45,300 nt of DNA from Fidelibacterota bacterium. GTDB taxonomy: Bacteria > Fidelibacterota > UBA2242 > JAFGTP01. The translations under genes and the position numbers were made by a program. Location: positions 1 through 45,300 of the forward strand of contig JAIPHI010000001.1 of NCBI GenBank assembly GCA_021735285.1, written 5' to 3'. A model generated the notes under the pieces. The model worked only from the letters and a program-made list of their open reading frames with translations. It did not search any database and was not told the DNA's origin. Of the stretch, positions 36,299 to 45,300 are shown piece after piece. How positions within the stretch are numbered: position 1 is the first letter of the stretch; each line of letters begins with the position of its first letter.

Positions 36299-36520
36299 AT
36301 GAGCAATTTAGGCAGAATGTTAATTATATTCGGTTTAATTCTTCTGGTTATGGGGCTATTAATCTCTTATGGAGGTAATATTCCGATAATAAATAAACTT
36401 GGAAAATTACCAGGAGACTTTGTGATTAAAAGAGAGGGATTTGTACTCTACTTTCCTCTAGCAACATCCCTCATATTAAGTGCTATTGTATATTTGCTAT
36501 TTAAAGTATTTCAGAGATAA
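36299..36520 (+). CDS. DUF2905 family small membrane protein
   Basis: 73 aa with two TM spans flanking the conserved GKLPGDFVIKREGFVLYFPL segment. Confidence 0.7.
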   Translation: MSNLGRMLIIFGLILLVMGLLISYGGNIPIINKLGKLPGDFVIKREGFVLYFPLATSLILSAIVYLLFKVFQR

Positions 36521-36534
36521 AAGGAGGTCGCAAC

Positions 36535-39500
36535 TTGTTAAAAAAAGTGCCATCAAAAGTTGATTTTGTGAAATTGGAACATGAAATTTTGGATTTCTGG
36601 GAAGAAGAACAAATTTTTGATAAGCTAAGAGAGAAAAATAAAGGTGGTGATAAGTGGCGTTTTATTGATGGACCAATTACAGCCAATAACCCTATGGGCG
36701 TTCATCATGCCTGGGGAAGAACTTATAAAGATATTTTTCATAGATATCGAGCCATGCAAGGTTTTGAAACTCGTTACCAGAATGGCTTTGATTGTCAGGG
36801 CTTATGGGTGGAAGTAGAAGTTGAAAAAGAACTGGGTTTTACCTCCAAAACAGATATTGAAGAGTATGGTATAGAAAAATTTGTAAATCAATGCAAAGAA
36901 CGAGTTCGTAAATATTCAAAAAAGCAGACTGAGCAATCAATCCGTTTAGGATATTGGATGGATTGGGATGATTCATACTACACAATGGCACCTGAGAACA
37001 ATTATACAATCTGGCAGTTCCTAAAAAAATGCCATGCCAAAGGATGGATATATAAAGGCCATGATGTCATGCCCTGGTGTACCCGCTGTGGGGCTGCTCT
37101 GTCAGAGCATGAAATTGCTACAGAAGGCTACAAAGAAATGACACATACAGGTGTTACTGTTAGATTGCCATTGATAAATAAAGATAATGAGTATCTATTA
37201 GTCTGGACCACTACACCCTGGACTCTAACCAGTAATGTAGCTGCGGCGGTCAATCCGGAAATGAATTATATAAAAGTCCGTCAAAATGAAGAGACCCTCT
37301 ATTTGGCTGATACTAGAAAAGAAATTTTAAAAGGTGATTTTGAAATCCTGGATACTTTTTCAGGTGAGAAATTGCTGGATTGGAAATATAAAGGCCCATT
37401 TGACGAACTCGCGGTTCAGTCAAATGTTGAACATAAGGTTATTCCCTGGGAGGATGTCACCGGAGAAGAAGGAACCGGCATAGTCCATATCGCTCCCGGA
37501 TGTGGTCAGGAAGATCATCAGTTAGGTGAGGAATTCGATCTATCAGTGATTGCACCTCTGGATGAATTTGGAAACTATCTGGAAGGCTTTGACTGGTTAA
37601 CCGGCAAAAATGTTGATGATGTTACTGAAGAGATCCTTAAAAATCTGGAAGAAAAAGGGATCAAATATAGATCCGATGATTATACTCATAGATATCCGGT
37701 TTGTTGGAGACACGGTACCCCTCTTGTATTTAGGCTGGTGGATGAATGGTTTATCAGTATGGATGAGTTAAGAAAAGATATGATGGAAATCACCAAACAG
37801 ATCAACTGGATGCCCTCCTATGGGATGGATAGAGAGCTTGACTGGTTGAAAAATATGGATGACTGGATGATCTCAAAAAAACGTTTCTGGGGTCTGGCTT
37901 TACCTATTTACGAATGTGAGCAATGTGGTCATGTGAATGTAATTGGCGGTGACGAAGAACTTAAGGAAAGAGCAGTCGAAGGCTGGGATGATTTTGAAGG
38001 TAACACACCCCATAAACCCTGGATTGATGAAGTAAAAATAGAATGTAGTGAATGTGGGGCTAAGGTTAGCCGGATTGAGGATGTTGGCAATCCCTGGCTG
38101 GATGCCGGAATTGTCCCTTACTCAACATTAAATTATCGTCATGATCAAGAGTATTGGAAAGAATGGTTTCCTGCAGAATTTATTTGTGAATCATTACCAG
38201 GACAATTTAGAAATTGGTTTTACGCTCTGATCGCAATGAGTACTGTGATGGAGAATGAACCGCCCTTCACCCGGGTTTTGGGATACAAATTGGTCAAAGA
38301 TGAACATGGTGAAGAAATGCATAAGAGTACGGGGAATGCTATTTGGTTTGATGATGCTGCTGAAGAAATGGGCGTGGATGTAATGCGCTGGCTTTATGCC
38401 TCCAAAAACCCTTTTAGTAATCTTAATTTTGGTTATGGAATTGCCAAAGAAACCAGAAAACAACTTATAACTCTCTGGAACTCCTACTCATTTTTTACCA
38501 CTTATGCTAAACTGGATAATTATTCCCCGGAAAAGCATAAAGTTGATTATGAGGATCTTGCGGATCTGGATAAATGGATGATGGCCAGGCTACATAGCTT
38601 GATTAAAGATTCTGAACAGGCTTATCATGAATACGATGTGTATTCTGTAATGAAAGATATTGAAACTTTTATAGATGATTTGTCTAACTGGTATATCAGG
38701 CGTAGCAGAAGACGTTTTTGGAAATCGGAAAATGATAAAGATAAATGGGGCGCTTTTCAAACTCTTTATCTAACTTTAAAAAATCTGATCAAGATATTAA
38801 GCCCGGTAATTCCCTTTGTAACTGAAGATATTTATCAAAATCTTGTTAGGGAGCTCGAAGCGGATGCCTGCCAGAGTATCCACCTTTGCTCCTATCCTGA
38901 ATATAATGAAGATTATATAGACGAGAAACTTATAGAACAGATCAATACAATCATAAAACTTGTTAGTATGGGAAGGGCCGCAAGAAATAAAGTTAATATT
39001 AAGATCAGACAGCCTTTAAGTGAGATATTTATTAAAATGCCGGAAAATGATCCTGACTTGCAGGCAACTCTTACTGACCAGATCAAAAAAGAATTAAATA
39101 TCAAAAAAGTGACTTATGTTGAAGACGACAGCAAATTTGCTAAATATGTAGTAAAACCTAATTTTTCTGCTTTAAAAAATGAATATGCTGAAAAAATGGG
39201 AGAAATTATACCATTAATTAACCAACTTCCTCCTCAAGAAACGGCTCTGAAATTAGAAAAAGGCGGAACCGTGGAACTTGACCTGGAAGATGAAAATTTG
39301 TATCTGGATAAAAGTTATTTTCTGCTTGAAAGAGAAGATAAGGAAGGCTATTCCACCAGCATTGAGCGCGATTATTCAGTAGCTATTGATACAAAGATAA
39401 CAGAACCTTTAAAAAAGGAAGGCATTGTTCGTGATTTGATTCGATACATACAAATTATGCGTAAAGATGCTGACTTTCAGGTTGAAGATAGGATAGAAAT

Positions 39501-39675
39501 TTCAGGCCATTTCCCCGAAAAGATAAATGATGCTATTGATGCCAATCTTGAATATCTTAAAACAGAAACTTTAGCTAAAAAAGTACACAGGGAGAAAAAA
39601 GCAGGGGAATTGGAGAAGGAAATTACACTGGATGGTGAGAATGTTATTGTCACTGTGGCAAGAATTAATCAATAA
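36535..39675 (+). CDS. ileS: Isoleucine--tRNA ligase (type 2, ~1046 aa)
   Basis: GPITANNPMGVHHAWGRT (HIGH-region variant), DCQGLWVEVEVEKELG, WMISKKRFWGLALPIYEC, KMSKS-equivalent MHKSTGN, and LSNWYIRRSRRRFW, which is typical of type 2 IleS. TTG start with an AAGGAGG RBS. Confidence 0.85.
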   Translation: MLKKVPSKVDFVKLEHEILDFWEEEQIFDKLREKNKGGDKWRFIDGPITANNPMGVHHAWGRTYKDIFHRYRAMQGFETRYQNGFDCQGLWVEVEVEKELGFTSKTDIEEYGIEKFVNQCKERVRKYSKKQTEQSIRLGYWMDWDDSYYTMAPENNYTIWQFLKKCHAKGWIYKGHDVMPWCTRCGAALSEHEIATEGYKEMTHTGVTVRLPLINKDNEYLLVWTTTPWTLTSNVAAAVNPEMNYIKVRQNEETLYLADTRKEILKGDFEILDTFSGEKLLDWKYKGPFDELAVQSNVEHKVIPWEDVTGEEGTGIVHIAPGCGQEDHQLGEEFDLSVIAPLDEFGNYLEGFDWLTGKNVDDVTEEILKNLEEKGIKYRSDDYTHRYPVCWRHGTPLVFRLVDEWFISMDELRKDMMEITKQINWMPSYGMDRELDWLKNMDDWMISKKRFWGLALPIYECEQCGHVNVIGGDEELKERAVEGWDDFEGNTPHKPWIDEVKIECSECGAKVSRIEDVGNPWLDAGIVPYSTLNYRHDQEYWKEWFPAEFICESLPGQFRNWFYALIAMSTVMENEPPFTRVLGYKLVKDEHGEEMHKSTGNAIWFDDAAEEMGVDVMRWLYASKNPFSNLNFGYGIAKETRKQLITLWNSYSFFTTYAKLDNYSPEKHKVDYEDLADLDKWMMARLHSLIKDSEQAYHEYDVYSVMKDIETFIDDLSNWYIRRSRRRFWKSENDKDKWGAFQTLYLTLKNLIKILSPVIPFVTEDIYQNLVRELEADACQSIHLCSYPEYNEDYIDEKLIEQINTIIKLVSMGRAARNKVNIKIRQPLSEIFIKMPENDPDLQATLTDQIKKELNIKKVTYVEDDSKFAKYVVKPNFSALKNEYAEKMGEIIPLINQLPPQETALKLEKGGTVELDLEDENLYLDKSYFLLEREDKEGYSTSIERDYSVAIDTKITEPLKKEGIVRDLIRYIQIMRKDADFQVEDRIEISGHFPEKINDAIDANLEYLKTETLAKKVHREKKAGELEKEITLDGENVIVTVARINQ

Positions 39676-39696
39676 GAACTATCTGGAGATATAATA

Positions 39697-40059
39697 ATGA
39701 CAAAGAAAAAATGGACTCAAGAAGACCTCGAATATTTTAAGAATATAATTCTCGAAAAACGAAAAAAGACCATCGAAGAAATCAAACGTTTGGAAAGTAT
39801 TACGGAGAACAATTCAGGTGGCTTTGGAGAGGATACTTATTCTTATCATATGGCTGATGTTGGAACTTCTTCTCAGGAGCGGGAAAAAGAGTATTTATGG
39901 TTGTCTCGTGAGAAAAAATTTCTTGGGCATCTTAACTCTGCACTTTCTAGAATTGAGAATGGTGATTATGGTCGGTGTATTGAATGTGGAGAATTGATCC
40001 CCAAAGAAAGATTGGAAGAGGTACCGCATACTCAGCATTGTGCAAGTTGTAAACAATAA
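39697..40059 (+). CDS. DksA/TraR family C4-type zinc-finger protein
   Basis: The C-terminal CIECGELIPKERLEEVPHTQHCASC is a CxxC-N17-CxxC motif, preceded by a coiled-coil region. The position after ileS is common for this family. Confidence 0.8.
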   Translation: MTKKKWTQEDLEYFKNIILEKRKKTIEEIKRLESITENNSGGFGEDTYSYHMADVGTSSQEREKEYLWLSREKKFLGHLNSALSRIENGDYGRCIECGELIPKERLEEVPHTQHCASCKQ

Positions 40060-40107
40060 ATTATGGTCTAATCGGTTTTATTTTGGCGATGGGTAATATA
40101 TTATTTT

Positions 40108-41088
40108 ATGAAAATAGCAACTAAAAAAACATTTGTGGTGAATAGTGTAGAGAAAGAAGAAAAGCGATTAGATAAATATTTAGCTGAAGAAATTGAAGCG
40201 CTAAGCCGCTCAAAAATTAAACGGCTGATAGAATCTCAAAATGTTACAGTAAACGGCACAAATTCAAAACCTGCTTATAGATTAAGACAATCGGATCAGA
40301 TTGTAGTCAAAATTCCGGAACCGGAACCTGTTGATATTAGGCCTGAAAAAATACCATTAGATATATTATATGAAGATGAAGATTATATTGCTGTCAATAA
40401 ACAGGCAGGTCTGGTTGTTCATCCTGGTGCCGGCCATCGAACGGGCACTTTGGTTCACGGATTAAAATATTATACAGATGAATTAAGTACTCTTGGCGGT
40501 GACAAACGGCCGGGGCTGGTACATCGCCTGGATAAGGATACAACTGGTGTATTGCTGGTGGCGAAAAATGATGAAGCTCACTGGAAGCTTAGTAGATTGT
40601 TTGCTGAGCGCCAAGTGGATAAAGAATATAGAACCTTTCTCTGGGGAGTACCAAAGAATGAGACGGGTACAATTGAGAAAAAAATAGGTAGAAGCCGAAG
40701 GAATCGGGAAAATTTTGTAGTCACGAGACTTGGAAAATATGCTAAAACCCATTATGAAGTGTTGCGAAATTATAATTTTTTTAGTTTATTAAAAGTAAGG
40801 TTGGTGACAGGTCGTACTCATCAAATTCGGGTGCATATGAAATCTATTGGTCATCCTGTAATTGGAGATACAAAATATGGCTCTGATGAACGTTTTGTGA
40901 AAGGGCTTAATAATAGAAATTGCGATCTGGGGCAAAAAGTATTGGCGGCAATCAGCCGACAACTATTACATGCCTACAAAATAGAATTTGAACATCCGCT
41001 TAAAAAGGAGATGGTTTCAATAACAGCGCCTTTACCAGATGATTTCAGAAGGGTAGAACAGTTAATTAGTACCAGGTTAATTCAATGA
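40108..41088 (+). CDS. rluD: 23S rRNA pseudouridine synthase, RluA family (RluD-like)
   Basis: An S4 domain (RLDKYLAEEI...SRSKIKRLI), catalytic HRLDKDTTGVLLVAK, and GRTHQIRVH. Confidence 0.85.
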   Translation: MKIATKKTFVVNSVEKEEKRLDKYLAEEIEALSRSKIKRLIESQNVTVNGTNSKPAYRLRQSDQIVVKIPEPEPVDIRPEKIPLDILYEDEDYIAVNKQAGLVVHPGAGHRTGTLVHGLKYYTDELSTLGGDKRPGLVHRLDKDTTGVLLVAKNDEAHWKLSRLFAERQVDKEYRTFLWGVPKNETGTIEKKIGRSRRNRENFVVTRLGKYAKTHYEVLRNYNFFSLLKVRLVTGRTHQIRVHMKSIGHPVIGDTKYGSDERFVKGLNNRNCDLGQKVLAAISRQLLHAYKIEFEHPLKKEMVSITAPLPDDFRRVEQLISTRLIQ

Positions 41089-41996
41089 AAATTGCGGAAA
41101 TCATTAGTGATTTTGTGGAATATCTGCAAAATGAAAAAGGATATTCTAAGCACACTATAAAATCTTATACCAGAGATATAGAAAAATTTTTTGATTTCTA
41201 CAGGGAGTATTCCAATGTTGAAAATCTGGATGTGAAAAATATTGATAGAACTGGCATAAGACATTATTTAGGAAAATTATATGAGGAAGGACTTACCAGT
41301 ACAACAGCTGCAAGAAAATTATCAGCAATTAAAGTGCTATTTAAATATTTAATGAATCAGAACAGGATTGAAAATAATCCGGCTATTCTCATAAGAAGCC
41401 CAAAAACCAAGAAAAGCATTCCAGAGATTTTATCAGAGCAAGAGATTAGTCAGGTTCTCAATAATATTAACGATGATGATTTCTATGGAAGTAGAAATAA
41501 AGCTTTGATAGAATTATTTTATAGTACAGGTATAAGACTAAGTGAGTTAATTAATATTGACTTTCAGCATATCAATTTTTCGAAAAATGAAATTAAAATT
41601 TTGGGTAAAGGCAATAAAGAGAGAATCGTACTAATGGGTGAGAGGGCTGTGGGGAGTATTGAAAATTATTTGAAAAAGAGAAAAGAAAAATTTGGTGATA
41701 GTAAAGGGCCCCTTTTTATAAGTAACAGAAATCAAAGGTTATCTGCTTCGATGGTACAGGTGATAGTAAAGGAAAAATTAGCCGCTGTCTCCGAGAAAAA
41801 TCATCTTAGCCCCCATATCTTACGGCATTCTTTCGCAACTCATTTGATCGATAATGGCGCTGAATTGTCAGCCGTAAAGGAATTGCTGGGTCATGAAAGC
41901 CTTTCTACAACACAAATATATACACATGTAAAAATGGACAGGATGAAAACTCTATATAATCGAGCTCATCCTCATGCAGACAAGCGCTCTGCATGA
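41085..41996 (+). CDS. Tyrosine recombinase, XerC/XerD type
   Basis: An N-terminal SAM-like domain (FVEYLQNEKGYSKHTIKSYTRDI), with catalytic contexts RNKALIELFYSTGIRLSEL, HILRHSFATHL and LGHESLSTTQIYTHV. Confidence 0.85.
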   Translation: MKIAEIISDFVEYLQNEKGYSKHTIKSYTRDIEKFFDFYREYSNVENLDVKNIDRTGIRHYLGKLYEEGLTSTTAARKLSAIKVLFKYLMNQNRIENNPAILIRSPKTKKSIPEILSEQEISQVLNNINDDDFYGSRNKALIELFYSTGIRLSELINIDFQHINFSKNEIKILGKGNKERIVLMGERAVGSIENYLKKRKEKFGDSKGPLFISNRNQRLSASMVQVIVKEKLAAVSEKNHLSPHILRHSFATHLIDNGAELSAVKELLGHESLSTTQIYTHVKMDRMKTLYNRAHPHADKRSA

Positions 41997-42032
41997 TTTT
42001 ATTTAATTGGAACTTAGTAAATGGAGGAAATT

Positions 42033-42326
42033 ATGAATATTGAGATCACCAGTCGTCATCATGATTATTCTGATAGAATTATTGATTTTGCCCGCGAAAA
42101 AGTGGAGAAATTAACTAAATATCATGACCGTATTATTGATGTTCATATGGTTTTAGATAAAAGACCGGAGGGTGAAGAAGCTGAAATAGATTTACATATT
42201 TCCGGCAAAAACTTTGCGGCTAAAGAGCTAGCAGATGATATTACAAAATCTATAGATTTGGCTAGCAAAAAGATTGGTCGTCAATTAAAAAAGTATGTTG
42301 ATAAAAGGAATGAAAAGCATGTCTAA
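42033..42326 (+). CDS. hpf: Ribosome hibernation promoting factor / RaiA (short form)
   Basis: MNIEITSRHHDYSDRI...KLTKYHDRIIDVHMVL is typical of HPF. GGAGG lies 5 nt before ATG 42033; the track start is 42021. Confidence 0.8.
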   Translation: MNIEITSRHHDYSDRIIDFAREKVEKLTKYHDRIIDVHMVLDKRPEGEEAEIDLHISGKNFAAKELADDITKSIDLASKKIGRQLKKYVDKRNEKHV

Positions 42327-43305
42327 GTCAGTTACTGTCAAACAATTATTCCAAAACAATAAAGAAGAGCTTAGATTGATCAAGGAAAATGGTAAAATTG
42401 GATTTGACAGGAAAATAAAAACACCAAAGCTCAACAGGCCGGGTCTTGAGTTGACAGGTTTTTGGCAACACTTTCGAGACGACAGAATTTTACTCTTCGG
42501 AATGAAAGAGGACTGTTATTTAAAAACGTTAAGTAGAGAAAGAAAAAGGAAACTGTTTGAAAAATTGTTTATGACCGATATCCCCGCAGCTATATTTGCC
42601 CATAGTGTGGCGGTTCCAGAAGAGGCTCGTGATATGGCAAGAAAATATAATATTGGTATTTTTACTACTACTTTTTTAACAACTCAACTGAACAAATTTA
42701 TAATGGATTATCTGGATTGGGAGTTGGCACCTTCGGTTACCAAGCATGGCACTCTGGTGGATGTTTATGGAGTTGGTATTTTATTTACAGGTAAAAGTGG
42801 AATTGGCAAGAGTGAAGTAGCACTTGATTTAATAGAAAGAGGACATAGGCTGGTTTCCGATGATTCAGTAAAAATTATTCGAAGAGCAGATAATGTTATA
42901 ATTGGTATGCAGCCTGGTAGTAAATTGTTAAGACATCATTTGGAAGTACGGGGGCTAGGGATTATTGATGCTCCTCGTATGTTTGGAGTTCGATCAATCA
43001 GGACCCAAAAACGAGTTGAAGTTGAAGTTCGATTGGAAATCTGGGATGAAGATAAAAATTATGAGCGGCTTGGTTTGGATTCAAGACAGTCTCGTATTCT
43101 GGATGTGTCTGTTCCGATGGTTGAATTACCGATAGTTCCTGGGAAAAATATTACTGTAATAGCTGAAACAATTGCAATGAATCATATGTTAAAAGTATAT
43201 GGAAAGGATTCGGCGAGTGAATTTGATAGGCGTCTTGAAATGGCTATTAAAAATAAGACAAAAAGGAAGCAGGTTGTTAATTATTTAAAAAAAGATTATG
43301 AATAA
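42319..43305 (+). CDS. hprK: HPr kinase/phosphorylase
   Basis: Walker A GKSGIGKSEVALDLIERGHRLVSDD and the signature LEVRGLGIID. The start is ATG 42295 or 42319, and either overlaps the hpf end. Confidence 0.85.
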   Translation: MSKSVTVKQLFQNNKEELRLIKENGKIGFDRKIKTPKLNRPGLELTGFWQHFRDDRILLFGMKEDCYLKTLSRERKRKLFEKLFMTDIPAAIFAHSVAVPEEARDMARKYNIGIFTTTFLTTQLNKFIMDYLDWELAPSVTKHGTLVDVYGVGILFTGKSGIGKSEVALDLIERGHRLVSDDSVKIIRRADNVIIGMQPGSKLLRHHLEVRGLGIIDAPRMFGVRSIRTQKRVEVEVRLEIWDEDKNYERLGLDSRQSRILDVSVPMVELPIVPGKNITVIAETIAMNHMLKVYGKDSASEFDRRLEMAIKNKTKRKQVVNYLKKDYE

Positions 43306-43309
43306 GCTA

Positions 43310-43338
43310 TTGCATAATAAATCAAATATCCTTAGATT
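43310..43338 (+). promoter_or_regulatory. Candidate sigma70-type promoter immediately after hprK
   Basis: TTGCAT (43310-43315), a 17-nt spacer, then TAGATT (43333-43338). Pattern match only. Confidence 0.3.
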
Positions 43339-43463
43339 AATACAGAACGAGAAGTTATTTTACATAAATTTTTCTTTCCAATGTAGGCATTTCCCTGCTC
43401 CGGATGTGCCGTGTTATCCCTCTTAATCATCTTTTTTAGTTCGGAGTGGGAACGCCCAGTTTT

Positions 43464-43499
43464 AAAGGGGCACTTCCTCAGTGCCCCTTTAGTTTTTTT
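43464..43499 (+). terminator. Rho-independent terminator
   Basis: AAAGGGGCAC / TTCCTCA loop / GTGCCCCTTT followed by AGTTTTTTT. A 10-bp GC-rich stem plus a T7 run. Confidence 0.8.
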
Positions 43500-43559
43500 G
43501 AAATATAGTATGTACTAAATGAATCTTTAAAGTAAATTAAGCGAATATATAATTAATAT

Positions 43560-44711
43560 ATGACATATTTTGAGTATCAAAAAAAGCAGCGTTTTTTTGC
43601 TCAAATTGCTGGTAATAGTGAAAAAATTGGCGCTCAAGAACTACAAGAAATTGGTGCTAATGATATTGAGATTGGTTATCGGGGGGCATATTTTAATGCT
43701 GATCAAGCTACCCTTTATAAAATAAATTATACTTCTCGAATTATAACTAGAGTTTTAGCTCCAATAGATATATTCTCATGCCCCAATACTGATGTACTTT
43801 ATGATAAGGCTATCCAAATTCCCTGGGAAGAGTTTTTTGGCCTCGATCAAACATTTGCTATTTATGCTAATATTAATATTAAATCTTCCCAAATTTATCA
43901 TTCAAAGTACGCTTCATTAAAATTGAAAGATGCAATTGTTGATAGGTTTAGAGATAGAAAAGGCAAACGACCAAATGTGGATACTAATAGACCTGATGTT
44001 GTATTTAATCTTTATATTCAAAATGATGAGGCGACTATTAGTCTGGATACCTCGGGAGAATCATTACATAAGCGAGGATATAGATTAGACAGTGGAGAGG
44101 CTCCGATACAGGAAACAGTAGCTGCAGCCATTCTCAGATTATCAGAGTGGCAGGGGGAGAATACTATTTACGATCCCATGTGTGGCTCGGGGACTTTGTT
44201 ATGTGAAGCTTTGATGAAATATTGCCGGATACCGGCTGGTTATTTACGGGGTAATTATGGTTTTAAAAATTTACCCGATTTTGATAAGGATCTCTGGCAA
44301 AAGGTGAAAAACAGTTGTGACGCGAAGATTCGTAAGCTAGAACCGGGACTTATAAAGGGCAGTGATATTTCTTCGGAAATGATAAAAATTGCCAGGCGAA
44401 ACTGTGCCCGGCTGCCGTATGGTGATAGTATTATATTAAGTGTAAAACCTTTCCAAAAAATCAAAAGCCTGCAGGATATGACAATTGTGGTCAATCCTCC
44501 TTTTGGAGTTCGCATGAGTAAAAAGGAACTTTTAAAGAAGCTATATACCGAATTTAGCAAAGGATTAAAAGCCAAAGCCCAGAAATCTAAGGTTTTAATC
44601 TACTGCGGTAAGCCTGAATTGCTGGATTATATCTGGATGCGAGAGGATTGGAAAAGAGATATGGTTAATGGTGGTCTTGAAGGCAAATTAGTACAATATA
44701 GAGTTTATTGA
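43560..44711 (+). CDS. THUMP-domain class I SAM-dependent RNA methyltransferase (RlmL/UPF0020-like)
   Basis: An N-terminal THUMP-like half, SAM motif I DPMCGSGTLLCEA and motif IV VVNPPFG. Confidence 0.75.
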   Translation: MTYFEYQKKQRFFAQIAGNSEKIGAQELQEIGANDIEIGYRGAYFNADQATLYKINYTSRIITRVLAPIDIFSCPNTDVLYDKAIQIPWEEFFGLDQTFAIYANINIKSSQIYHSKYASLKLKDAIVDRFRDRKGKRPNVDTNRPDVVFNLYIQNDEATISLDTSGESLHKRGYRLDSGEAPIQETVAAAILRLSEWQGENTIYDPMCGSGTLLCEALMKYCRIPAGYLRGNYGFKNLPDFDKDLWQKVKNSCDAKIRKLEPGLIKGSDISSEMIKIARRNCARLPYGDSIILSVKPFQKIKSLQDMTIVVNPPFGVRMSKKELLKKLYTEFSKGLKAKAQKSKVLIYCGKPELLDYIWMREDWKRDMVNGGLEGKLVQYRVY

Positions 44712-44713
44712 TG

Positions 44714-45172
44714 TTAAATAAAATACTGTTTAGCTTTGCTTATCATTCTTTTGGTATGACCACCCCGCCAGTATATTTTTTCACAATGGGAGCAGAACAT
44801 AAAAACATCAAAATGTTTTTTAACTTTTTCCGGCAATTGTTCTTTTATTTCTGACTTTTTTATTTTCTTAACTTTATTATTACATAATAAACAACGAGTG
44901 TAGAGTTTTTGAGGGCGGAATTGGAGGCCGGTTTTGTTGATAATTTCTTTGAATTTTTTTGAAAATTGATTAGCATGAATGAGAATGATTGTATCCTTCT
45001 GTGGGGTGCTATTGTACAAGTCTGCACTTCTGGTCAGGATGATTCTGTTTGTCCGGGAGGCTAATTTTATAAGCGCATTATCATTGTCAGGTGGAGGATA
45101 AATTGTATCATATCCTAGCATTCTGAGATATTTGGCGGATTTGCCCAACATATTGTCTGCTAAAAATTTCAT
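44714..45172 (-). CDS. Mut7-C RNase-like (DUF82, PIN-like plus zinc ribbon) protein
   Basis: MKFLADNMLGKSAKYLRMLGYDT is the N-terminal signature. The C-terminal zinc ribbon is CLLCNNKV...CSHCEKIYWRGGH. Confidence 0.75.
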   Translation of the reverse strand: MKFLADNMLGKSAKYLRMLGYDTIYPPPDNDNALIKLASRTNRIILTRSADLYNSTPQKDTIILIHANQFSKKFKEIINKTGLQFRPQKLYTRCLLCNNKVKKIKKSEIKEQLPEKVKKHFDVFMFCSHCEKIYWRGGHTKRMISKAKQYFI

Positions 45173-45300
45173 GATAATGTATAAACGTTTTTTTAGAAAT
45201 CTATGTACTTGTTCTTGAAAAGTTAATAATAATTCTCTAAATTGCCAGTTCTTTTTTGATAGGAAAGGGATATTTTAGATGCTAATGGACTATGATTTAC

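Noticed and set aside
41085-41996. The tyrosine recombinase as a marker of an integrated mobile element.
   Set aside because: It has the full XerC/XerD-type motif set and sits in a conserved rluD-xer-hpf-hprK housekeeping run. There are no att-like repeats or cargo genes.
443-44575. Numerous 60-170-aa ORFs antisense to or nested within long genes, e.g. 2804..3166, 14655..15089, 16071..16409, 17016..17381, 19630..20001, 32087..32521, 33674..34117, 35301..35594 and 44255..44575.
   Set aside because: Each lies wholly inside a well-supported CDS that has clear family motifs on the other strand or frame. I recognised no independent motifs in any of them.
45279-45300. A possible gene start (ATG 45279, with GAAAGGGA upstream) running off the window end.
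   Set aside because: Only 7 codons are visible, so it cannot be supported or identified.
1-45300. CRISPR arrays, tRNA/rRNA genes, T-box leaders upstream of trpS/ileS, and prophage or defence-island signatures.
   Set aside because: No spaced direct-repeat arrays and no tRNA T-arm-like GGTTCGAATCC motifs were seen in the intergenic DNA. trpS and ileS have leaders of at most 20 nt. This was visual scanning only, and tRNAscan/Infernal would be definitive.

Overview
This is an AT-rich (about one-third G+C by eye) bacterial chromosomal segment, tightly packed and almost entirely + strand from 10.6 kb onward. All family calls come from motif recognition in the supplied translations and hand inspection of the DNA; no searches were run.

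**Gene content**
- The left end is envelope/proteolysis flavoured: a ~1100-aa internally duplicated CPBP intramembrane protease, two S9 serine peptidases, GT52-like and GT2 glycosyltransferases, and an MltB-type lytic transglycosylase.
- The rest is core housekeeping: murI, a spmA/spmB-like pair, rqcH, a lysA-type decarboxylase, an HNH protein, trpS, scpA, scpB, an rluB-type synthase, cmk, rpsA, a YbbR-domain protein, tsaD and a BatA_N-type membrane protein.
- It continues with a complete preQ1 operon (queD-queE-queC-queF-folE2), a receiver-domain protein, htrA, DUF2905, ileS type 2, dksA/traR, rluD, a xer recombinase, hpf, hprK, a THUMP methyltransferase and a Mut7-C-like protein.
- I see no CRISPR array, tRNA/rRNA, transposase, prophage or recognisable defence island. 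I do not think the window contains a clear novel multi-gene system.

**Observations the gene list does not explain**
1. Two copies of a ~157-bp MITE-like element lie in inverted orientation 23 kb apart (53-209 and 23108-23264). The core is 117/120 identical, the ends are 12-nt terminal inverted repeats, and all four ends abut TA.
2. An 820-bp gene-free gap holds an exactly 8-nt phased GTGG array facing an inverted CCAC array across an AT-rich spacer.
3. queE continues in frame directly after the queD TAG stop. It has no canonical start upstream of its conserved N-terminal motif, so an ATT start or readthrough is likely.
4. The CPBP protein is a tandem duplication with one catalytically intact and one degenerate half.
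5. Ribosomal protein S1 carries a ~140-aa Lys/Glu-rich tail.
6. A receiver protein has a His-to-Gln DHp-like N-terminus and no kinase domain.
7. A promoter-to-terminator structured non-coding unit follows hprK.
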